From NCBI GenBank assembly GCA_031423775.1, contig JANPGF010000057.1:1-61891 (forward strand): a stretch of 61,891 nt of DNA, in the 5' to 3' direction. A program made the translations under genes and the position numbers. This document shows, piece by piece, positions 44,620-52,206 of the stretch. The notes under the pieces were generated by a model, which ran no database searches, was not told the DNA's origin, and worked only from the letters and a program-made list of their open reading frames with translations. Every line of letters begins with the position of its first letter. The stretch's first letter is position 1. Source of the stretch: Candidatus Kaiserbacteria bacterium (GTDB lineage Bacteria; Patescibacteriota; Minisyncoccia; Phycocordibacterales; UBA918).

Positions 44620-45621
44620 ATGAAAAAAATTGTCATGGTGGGGGGTGGCACTGGTACTTATACAGTCCTCAAAGGACTCAAGCAATATGCGTCTGAATTT
44701 GAAATTTCGGCAGTGGTGACTATGGCTGATTCGGGCGGATCAACCGGTCGACTTCGTGATGAGTTTGGACAACTTCCGGTTGGAGATGTGCGTATGGCGC
44801 TCGTCGCTCTAGCCGCAGACGTTGATAGTCATGATGAGCTCCTCCGACAACTATTTTTGTACCGTTTTGATCGGGGGGAAGGTCTCTCAGGTCATAACTT
44901 TGGGAACCTGCTCCTCACGGCTCTTACCGATATTTTAGGCGGTTCACACGAAGCGATAAAAACCGCTGGACGGTTGCTTCAGGTGCAAGGAAAGGTAATT
45001 CCTGTTACGACTGATAACGTACATCTTGTTGCAGAATACTCGACGGGTGATGTCGTACAGGGGGAGCACGAAATTGATATGCCGCCAGCACATTTAGCGT
45101 CGGCTCGTATTCGCGCGTTATCGGTGACGCCAAAGGCGAATATTACTGAAGCTGCAGCAGCGGCGTTGCGCGATGCTGATGTGATTATTTTTGGTCCCGG
45201 TGATTTATATACCAGTGTACTCGCAAATTGTATTGTTGACGGTTTCACTGAGGCGCTTGCCGCGAGTTCAGCCCGCGTAGTATATGTGTGTAATTTGATG
45301 TCTCGATTGGGTCAAACAGTTGGTATGCAGGCAGCTGAACATATTGCTGAACTGTCTGCATACATCGGCAGACAGCCTGATGACGTACTTATCAATACCT
45401 CGCCATTGCCAGCTGATATTGTTGCTCGATATGACAAAGAGGGGACTTACCCGGTAGAACATAATTGCATGGGTGACTCGTACCGAGTGCATGCCAAGGA
45501 TTTGTTGGCTACTGAATCAATTCATACTACTGCAGGTGATGTGGTGGTCAGAAGTTTAATTCGTCACGACTCAAACAAGCTTGCTGCTGCCATTCGAGAC
45601 ATTACGTTTCTGGACTACTAG
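44620..45621 (+). CDS. YvcK/CofD-family (UPF0052, gluconeogenesis factor-like) protein
   Basis: IVMVGGGTGTYTVLKGLK and VVTMADSGGSTGRLRDEFGQLPVGDVR. Confidence 0.85.
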   Translation: MKKIVMVGGGTGTYTVLKGLKQYASEFEISAVVTMADSGGSTGRLRDEFGQLPVGDVRMALVALAADVDSHDELLRQLFLYRFDRGEGLSGHNFGNLLLTALTDILGGSHEAIKTAGRLLQVQGKVIPVTTDNVHLVAEYSTGDVVQGEHEIDMPPAHLASARIRALSVTPKANITEAAAAALRDADVIIFGPGDLYTSVLANCIVDGFTEALAASSARVVYVCNLMSRLGQTVGMQAAEHIAELSAYIGRQPDDVLINTSPLPADIVARYDKEGTYPVEHNCMGDSYRVHAKDLLATESIHTTAGDVVVRSLIRHDSNKLAAAIRDITFLDY

Positions 45622-45680
45622 TACTTGTGCAATAGGTGCTGTCTCTAGATTTTCAGGTGCGGTATACTACAGGTGATTGT

Positions 45681-47066
45681 ATGCTAGCGCGTCGCCCTGA
45701 TCTTTTGCACACTGATGCGTCGCTTCGAGAGCAGACGGTTTTAGATGATGTATTAAAACAAAAATCATCAGAAACTAAAGAATTAGTACCTCGAGTATCG
45801 ATTGCTGAAGCTCGTCGTAGTGCGGTGCAAGTTGATGTAATATCAGATCGTGATACTACCCGGTTGTTGTTTATCTCACGTGATACTTCACTGCTCAACC
45901 AGACGACCCAGTCACTTGATGGCTATTTAAATTTGTCAGATGTATTTGATGAAGTGCATATCGTCGTGTTGCAGGTTGGTGCCGTACCGCGAAACCCAGT
46001 ACTGCGGGTGTCTGCAAATGTGTGGTTATACGTGGTGACAGCTTCGCATTGGTGGCTAACACCAATGGCGGCCATTAAAGTGATTCAATCCCAGCTAGTC
46101 TTTGCAGAAGGTTTTAGACCTGATTTGATTGTTGCGCGTGATCCTTACGAGAGCGCGCTGATTGCTCAATATATTGGCAAGCATCAGAATCGACCATTTC
46201 AGGTGCATGTCCTCGAGGATATATTCGACAAAAAAGTTCGGGCGCGATTGCCGCACTCCTTTTGGCGTCTTCTTTTTTCGCGATATGTGTTACCGAGGTC
46301 GGTGAGTGTGCGTACCGGAACGGATCAGTTGGCAGCTCGAATAGCAAAACGTTACCCGCGTATTTCTGATCTCGCAACGTTACCGCGTTTTCATAATTAT
46401 CAAGCGCTCCTCACGACACCACCTCGGTATACCTTAAAAGAGAAATTCCCCCAGTATGTCTTTCGCATACTGTATATTGGTACTCTCGATAGTGATGCTC
46501 GCGCTTATCAGGCGCTTGATTCGGTACGTGGACTGCTCAGAAATAAAAACATCTGCTTGGTTTTTTGTGGTGATGGTACCGCCCGAGCTGAGTTACAAAA
46601 ACGGGCTCAGATTTTCGGAGTTGTAGAACAGATTATATTTGAACGCGATCTTGATACCGCAGCCTGTTTAGCAGGTGCAAATGTGTTGATTGTACCTGAA
46701 GTTACTAGTCTGGGTGACGAAGTAGCGATCCTGGGTGCGTTTACTCGAGTACCGCTCGTTGTTGCAATTACGCCGCAGCGGGCAGATTTATTCGTAAATG
46801 GTGAATCTGCATTTTTATGCAAAGAAGGGGATTCGATTGGTATTGGATTGGCGATTAGTCAGTTAATGAGTTCTGCATCGCTCGCCCAGTCATTTGCTGA
46901 TGCTGCTTTTAGTGCGGTGAGTTCACGGCTGCATGAAGATCCGGTTGACTATCGTTTAGCCTATCGGGATAGTGTCGAGGCGGCTCTCTTTTCGCGTGAA
47001 GACGATATGGTTGATGAGGCGTCTACTGACAGTGAGACTGTGACAGAAGAGGTCGACACGGTATAA
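45681..47066 (+). CDS. Glycosyltransferase-like protein (GT4-like C-domain)
   Basis: Internal start MLARRPDL after AGGTGA. ...ILYIGTLDSDA...LVFCGDGTARAEL...NVLIVPEVTSLGDEVAILGAF.... Confidence 0.55.
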   Translation: MLARRPDLLHTDASLREQTVLDDVLKQKSSETKELVPRVSIAEARRSAVQVDVISDRDTTRLLFISRDTSLLNQTTQSLDGYLNLSDVFDEVHIVVLQVGAVPRNPVLRVSANVWLYVVTASHWWLTPMAAIKVIQSQLVFAEGFRPDLIVARDPYESALIAQYIGKHQNRPFQVHVLEDIFDKKVRARLPHSFWRLLFSRYVLPRSVSVRTGTDQLAARIAKRYPRISDLATLPRFHNYQALLTTPPRYTLKEKFPQYVFRILYIGTLDSDARAYQALDSVRGLLRNKNICLVFCGDGTARAELQKRAQIFGVVEQIIFERDLDTAACLAGANVLIVPEVTSLGDEVAILGAFTRVPLVVAITPQRADLFVNGESAFLCKEGDSIGIGLAISQLMSSASLAQSFADAAFSAVSSRLHEDPVDYRLAYRDSVEAALFSREDDMVDEASTDSETVTEEVDTV

Positions 47067-47073
47067 TAGCGCT

Positions 47074-47910
47074 ATGCAAAAAAACGCTCCAGACTTTATT
47101 GGTATCGGTGCTGATCACTGTGGTCTTGGTTTAATTACTGCCCTCGTTGCCACTCATCCCGAAGTAGTGAGTACTGTCCCCGCCGGTAATTTTTTTGATA
47201 GGGTTGTATACAATGAAGAGGGGCTTGCTGTATATGAGGCGAGTTTGCCTCGACGCGGTAAAAAAGCCCATGTCATTGGTGAGGTGTCGTCTGGGTACCT
47301 CGCCTCAGATGTGGCGGCCGAGCGGATTGTTACGGCCTACCCTACAACAAAATTGTTTGCTATCGTTCGGAACCCACTTGATCGAGCGGTGGCTGTCTAC
47401 GAACATGCCAAAGCTACAGGAAAGGTCTCTCCACATATGACTTGTGCTCGGTATTTAGCGAATCATCCAACGGTGCAACGTGGAGGGTTTTATGGCCAGC
47501 ACCTTCATTCCTTTTTTGAATATTACACCTCGCTCCAACTCCATGTTATCGTCTACGAAGATTTCGCGCGTGATCCCCTCAAAGTGCTCGAGGGGTTGTT
47601 TGCATTCTTGGAGATTGACCCACACGTTATACCAAAAGCACTAGCCGCCTACGCGCCACCACCCGAGGAGCCAAAGCATCCGGGTCGCATATATCGTTTG
47701 ATTAGGTTTGTTCGTGGACTATACAAAAAGCTTCGGCCCACACCATTTATTCCCGCCACACCGCCCCCATATGTACTGTCTCGATATTTTTCGCTGAAAG
47801 AATTAGAGGCTTTCAAGGCTGTGTACGCAGCTGATTGCACCCACCTTACTAATTTGTTGCATCGCGATATGGGTGTGTTTTGGGAGTTAGAGCCAGAGAT
47901 TCATGCATAA
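47074..47910 (+). CDS. Sulfotransferase-family protein (non-canonical PAPS motifs)
   Basis: PDFIGIGADHCGLGL aligns with the 5'-PSB loop, and VRNPLDRAVAVYEH with the 3'-PB motif of sulfotransferases. Confidence 0.6.
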   Translation: MQKNAPDFIGIGADHCGLGLITALVATHPEVVSTVPAGNFFDRVVYNEEGLAVYEASLPRRGKKAHVIGEVSSGYLASDVAAERIVTAYPTTKLFAIVRNPLDRAVAVYEHAKATGKVSPHMTCARYLANHPTVQRGGFYGQHLHSFFEYYTSLQLHVIVYEDFARDPLKVLEGLFAFLEIDPHVIPKALAAYAPPPEEPKHPGRIYRLIRFVRGLYKKLRPTPFIPATPPPYVLSRYFSLKELEAFKAVYAADCTHLTNLLHRDMGVFWELEPEIHA

Positions 47911-47998
47911 ACGCTAGCTTTAAACCTATATTGCGCTGCTTTTTCATGGGTGCGTCTAGGTGAAGCTCGCGAGGGGAGTATGGTATATTTGTGACCAT

Positions 47999-50200
47999 AT
48001 GAAAGATATTTTAAAGGGGGCAGTGTTTTTCGGTTTATTTTTAATACCATTACTCACGTTGTATGTCGCAAACGGCATGTTCTTTCCGTACATTACGGGC
48101 AAAAACTTTGTCTTCCGCATTATTGTAGAAATTGTAACAGCAGCGTGGATTTTACTTGCGCTCTACGACGTCGAGTACCGTCCACGTTTTTCATGGATAC
48201 TCGCCACGTTTGCTGCCTTTATGGCGGTGATGTTGGTAGCAAACCTGCGCGCTGAGCATTTTGTAACAGCCTTTTGGAGTAACTTCGAACGTATGGATGG
48301 ATACATCACACTTATTCATGTGTTTATGTATTTCATTGTGCTCGGTAGTACACTCCGCACGCAAAAAGCTTGGACATATTTCTTCCATACTTCGGTAGTA
48401 GTAGCTGGGTTTGTTGCCTTAAATGGTCTCTCTCAATTGTCAGCTGCAAATGTACGTGTCGACAGTACGCTTGGTAATGCGGCATATATGGCTGTGTACA
48501 TGCTCTTCCATATCTTCATCCTCCTGTATTTAGCACTGCAAACAAAAGTAACACCATATCGTATTGTGTATGGTCTACTCGGCGTGCTCTTTGTCTATGT
48601 GCTCTTGCAAACTGGAACGCGAGGAACTGCACTCGGTCTTGTGGCCGGCATGCTTTCAACAGTGGTGTACATTGCACTATTCGCTACGCGCTTTAAGCAA
48701 GTACAAAAGTATGCGTTTGGATCACTAATTGCGCTCCTGATACTACTTGCCGGCTTTATGGCTGCGCGTGATAGTGCTTTTATTCAAAACAATGGTGCGC
48801 TGGCTCGTATTGCTAACATTAGTGTGAGTCATGACTTGGTGACTCGTGGTCAAATTTGGGGAGAGGCGCTGAAGGGTGTGGAGGAGCGTCCAATGCTAGG
48901 CTGGGGTCAAGGTAACTTCAATTACGTATTTAATAAATACTACGACCCACGACTGTATGGACAGGAACAATGGTTTGACCGTACCCATGATATTTTCTTT
49001 GACTGGTTAATTGCTGGCGGTATCTTGGGTCTATTGTCATATCTCTCAATCTTTGCAGCTATTGCATACTACCTGGTTGTACGTCCACTCCGTCGTGCTG
49101 ATGATTCGTTTACCGTAATGGAGCGCGGGGTGTTGCTTGGTTTGATGGTGGGGTATGTGGTGCACAACTTGGTAGTGTTTGATAACATCGTCAGTTACAT
49201 TTTCTTTGGTACCATTATTGCACTTATCCATAGTCGTGTAGCTCGAACGATGCCAAAGGTTGCTCTGTATAAACTACCGGCACCGGTTATTACACAGGTT
49301 GTAACGCCAGTTGTTATTGTACTCGCTGGTCTCTGTGTGTATTTTGTGAACGTACCAAGTATTCAGGCAGCTCAAGACATCATTGTGGCCTTTAGTGATA
49401 CGAATCCAGCATCTCGCTTGAATGATTTTGAAGTGGCACTTGCTCGTGGTTCATTTGCTCGTCAGGAAATTGTCGAGCAGTTTGCTCAGCAAGCTATGAG
49501 CGTAGCAGCAGCACCAAAAGAACAGGTGCCAGAGGCTGTACGAACTGCCTACCTCAAACGCGCTGAAGAGGAAATGCTCAAGATGGTAGCAGAGAAGCCT
49601 GGCGACGCACGCCTCGAAGTGTTCCTTGCGAGTTTCTATCGTTCTATCGGCAACGCACAGAAAGCTGAGGAGTATATGGCAATTGCACGCACACTCTCTC
49701 CAAATAAGCAGGCAATTATATTGCAGCAGGGGGCAATCGCTCTCAGTTTAGGAAAGAATGAAGCGGCGCGTGATTTCTTTAAAAAGGCTTTTGAACTTGA
49801 AACTGCAAATGACGAGGCTCGCGAGTACTACGTCGCAGCACTCTTCTATAACAAGCAGCCTGATGAAGCCAAGAAGCTCATTTCTAATTCGACTCCTGAA
49901 TTCCGTGATCGTATCGCAAAGAGTGACTTCGTAGTGTCGGCTGTTAATGCCGTAGGTGAATTCACGACACTGGCTAGTCTCTACGAAGAACGAGTGGCTG
50001 CTGATAAAACAAATGCACAGAATTGGGCTAGTCTCGCGTTTGTGTACTACCAGTTGAAACAAATTGATAAAGCGGTTGAGACGCTGCAACACGCAGCCTC
50101 AGCTATTACAGCATTTGCACCAACTGCTGATTGTATTAGTAAAAATATCAAAGCTGGCAAGGAACCACAGGCAGGATGTCAGGCGCCTGCAGCACAGTAA
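47999..50200 (+). CDS. O-antigen ligase/polymerase-like (Wzy_C) polytopic membrane protein with C-terminal TPR repeats
   Basis: At least 10 TM helices, LLQTGTRGTALGL loop typical of Wzy_C, and a C-terminal ~250 aa of TPR-like repeats (AEEYMAIARTLSPNK...). Confidence 0.7.
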   Translation: MKDILKGAVFFGLFLIPLLTLYVANGMFFPYITGKNFVFRIIVEIVTAAWILLALYDVEYRPRFSWILATFAAFMAVMLVANLRAEHFVTAFWSNFERMDGYITLIHVFMYFIVLGSTLRTQKAWTYFFHTSVVVAGFVALNGLSQLSAANVRVDSTLGNAAYMAVYMLFHIFILLYLALQTKVTPYRIVYGLLGVLFVYVLLQTGTRGTALGLVAGMLSTVVYIALFATRFKQVQKYAFGSLIALLILLAGFMAARDSAFIQNNGALARIANISVSHDLVTRGQIWGEALKGVEERPMLGWGQGNFNYVFNKYYDPRLYGQEQWFDRTHDIFFDWLIAGGILGLLSYLSIFAAIAYYLVVRPLRRADDSFTVMERGVLLGLMVGYVVHNLVVFDNIVSYIFFGTIIALIHSRVARTMPKVALYKLPAPVITQVVTPVVIVLAGLCVYFVNVPSIQAAQDIIVAFSDTNPASRLNDFEVALARGSFARQEIVEQFAQQAMSVAAAPKEQVPEAVRTAYLKRAEEEMLKMVAEKPGDARLEVFLASFYRSIGNAQKAEEYMAIARTLSPNKQAIILQQGAIALSLGKNEAARDFFKKAFELETANDEAREYYVAALFYNKQPDEAKKLISNSTPEFRDRIAKSDFVVSAVNAVGEFTTLASLYEERVAADKTNAQNWASLAFVYYQLKQIDKAVETLQHAASAITAFAPTADCISKNIKAGKEPQAGCQAPAAQ

Positions 50201-50208
50201 TTTCTGGC

Positions 50209-51231
50209 ATGAGACTATCCGTGTTAGAACAGATACCGCTCACTGACTACACGACGTTCAAAACGGGTGGGCTTGCACGATATTTCTGTACGGTGACAAC
50301 AGTAGCGGAATTGAAAGCGGCAGTTGATTTTGCGCACGCAAAACAACTGCCGTTTTTCGTGCTCGGCTCTGGCTCGAATGTATTGGTGCCAGATGCTGGC
50401 TATGATGGGGTAGTGCTACTGATGGCCATGAAAGGGCGTGAGTTCACTCCAATCCGTGAGTCGATAGTAGAACTTACGTGTGCATCAGGGGAAGTGCTTG
50501 ATGCGGTGATTGCTGATACCGTTGCACGCGGTTTGTGGGGGCTCGAAAATCTATCACATATACCGGGCACCGTTGGGGCAACGCCTGTACAGAATGTAGG
50601 CGCATATGGAGTTGAGGTGGCCGATACGATTGTATCGGTTACAGTGTTTGATACCGTGCGCATGTGTACTGTTGTGCTCGACGCTGCGCAGTGTCAGTTT
50701 GGATATCGTGATTCGATTTTTAAACATGCTGCAGGTGCACGGTTCATTATTACTGAAGTAACGTTTGCGCTCTCACAGGTTCCGCAGCCGCAGCTCTCGT
50801 ACGCCGATCTTGTGACACTTACTCAGCTGGGTGCTCCAACACTCGCTGAAATCCGAGCAACTCTGATTACAGTACGGAGTAGCAAATTTCCTGATTGGGG
50901 AGTGATTGGTACCGCTGGTTCATTTTTTAAAAATCCAACAGTGCCGCGTGAAAGTATCGTCTCCTTAATTGAAACTTTTCCACTTATGCCTGTGTATCCG
51001 GCATCAGATGGTTATGTTAAAGTTTCGCTTGGCTTCATACTCGATAAAATCTGCGGGCTAAAAGGGTATCGACAGGAACTCATCTCGCTATATGAAAAGC
51101 AAGCCCTTGTACTAGTCGCAGATCGCGGTGCAACAACAGCGCAGATCGAAAAATTTGCTGATGATATCACTCGCATTGTTTTTGAAAAAACAAACATTGT
51201 AATTGAACGAGAGGTTACGATGATGAAATAA
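50209..51231 (+). CDS. murB: UDP-N-acetylenolpyruvoylglucosamine reductase
   Basis: LTDYTTFKTGGLARYF, FVLGSGSNVLV, and GYRDSIFK...GSFFKNP. Confidence 0.9.
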   Translation: MRLSVLEQIPLTDYTTFKTGGLARYFCTVTTVAELKAAVDFAHAKQLPFFVLGSGSNVLVPDAGYDGVVLLMAMKGREFTPIRESIVELTCASGEVLDAVIADTVARGLWGLENLSHIPGTVGATPVQNVGAYGVEVADTIVSVTVFDTVRMCTVVLDAAQCQFGYRDSIFKHAAGARFIITEVTFALSQVPQPQLSYADLVTLTQLGAPTLAEIRATLITVRSSKFPDWGVIGTAGSFFKNPTVPRESIVSLIETFPLMPVYPASDGYVKVSLGFILDKICGLKGYRQELISLYEKQALVLVADRGATTAQIEKFADDITRIVFEKTNIVIEREVTMMK

Positions 51232-51253
51232 GTATCATAAAATAAAAAATTTA

Positions 51254-51291
51254 AAAAATATATTTACAAAATTTTTTGTAAATATATTTTT
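51254..51291 (+). terminator. AT-only perfect hairpin (probable terminator)
   Basis: AAAAATATATTTACAAAA / TTTTGTAAATATATTTTT 18-bp stem with a 2-nt loop, followed by Ts. Confidence 0.6.
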
Positions 51292-51331
51292 TTTGTATGA
51301 AATCTTATCCACATGTTTTTATAAAATAAAA

Positions 51332-51360
51332 TTGTGCGAAAAATTTTTACGCGCGATAAT
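51332..51360 (+). promoter_or_regulatory. Putative sigma70-type promoter for the Lys/Ala-rich small gene
   Basis: TTGTGC, 17-nt spacer, GATAAT. Confidence 0.4.
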
Positions 51361-51458
51361 ACTAGTAAGCAGACATTTCTCATCGACTCGTTCTTTGAAA
51401 AATTTGGGAAGGTCATGCGGTCGAAATTTATTTAGTAAAATCTCATCACACACTATCT

Positions 51459-51617
51459 ATGGCAGTAGCAAAAAAGGCCGTTAAGAAAGTAGCGAAGAAG
51501 GCCGCAAAGAAAGTTGTAAAGAAAGTAGCAAAGAAGGCTGTAAAGAAAGTAGCAAAGAAGGCAACAAAGAAAGTTGTAAAGAAGGCCGTAAAAAAGGCTC
51601 CAGCTCGCAAGAAGTAA
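51459..51617 (+). CDS. Histone-H1/Hc1-like Lys/Ala-rich DNA-binding protein, 52 aa (below ORF-track cutoff)
   Basis: Own translation: MAVAKKAVKKVAKKAAKKVVKKVAKKAVKKVAKKATKKVVKKAVKKAPARKK*. A promoter-like site lies upstream and a terminator downstream. No obvious SD. Confidence 0.65.
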   Translation: MAVAKKAVKKVAKKAAKKVVKKVAKKAVKKVAKKATKKVVKKAVKKAPARKK

Positions 51618-51644
51618 ATCACTTGCGAGTGAGACTGATTGCAT

Positions 51645-51670
51645 AATGCTTCCCCAGCGGGAGGCATTTT
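51645..51670 (+). terminator. Rho-independent terminator
   Basis: AATGCTTCCC / GGGAGGCATT stem (one G-U) with CAGC loop, followed by TTTT. Confidence 0.7.
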
Positions 51671-51717
51671 GCTTGTCCGTCCATCCATCCATTCACTAAA
51701 CCCTCATCTACGTTGTT

Positions 51718-51778
51718 GGATGATTAAAAATATTATTCAATGTGCAATCTGCACACCTCATACTATTTTTAATCATCC
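51718..51778 (+). repeat. Long perfect inverted repeat (15-bp arms) with nested hairpin
   Basis: GGATGATTAAAAATA (51718-51732) / TATTTTTAATCATCC (51764-51778). The loop contains TGTGCA-ATC-TGCACA. Confidence 0.85.
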
Positions 51779-52206
51779 GCCTAGTATCTGAGGTTCTATT
51801 GAATGGACTCTTCAGAATTATAAAATAGCTTATTCCGTTGTTGCCCTGCATAAAATATTGTTCACCGTACAGAAAGTACGGCTCGCATTATTTTACTTGT
51901 GCGCGTAGAACTGCATCTATTTTAGTACGTCCCGTAGAATTAATTTTTAAATGGTATTTTGGTACAGCTTGGTGTTCTCTCACTATATAACTTAAATGAC
52001 TGTAGCAATTTCAGAGGGGTTATTGAATGGAATCTGTCAGCATGTTGGTAAAAGTTCATTTCTTTGGTGCTATACGATAGTGTCTCTTTCACTAAAATTA
52101 TCAGTATGGCTTAGAATAATTACTTTCAATGCTTACGCCCCAGACATATTGAGGAGTTCGAAACGTAGGTGCAAAAAAGCCTTATTTCCTATATACTAGG
52201 CGGGTT

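Noticed and set aside
51446-51692. Two overlapping minus-strand ORFs (FFATFFTAFF...).
   Set aside because: They are antisense shadows of the Lys/Ala-repeat gene on the + strand. The + strand ORF has a promoter-like site, a terminator and a biologically familiar composition.
51996-52199. 67-aa + strand ORF in the secA leader.
   Set aside because: It has no RBS and no recognisable motif, and its composition resembles random AT-rich sequence. It is kept only as part of the non-coding-leader finding.
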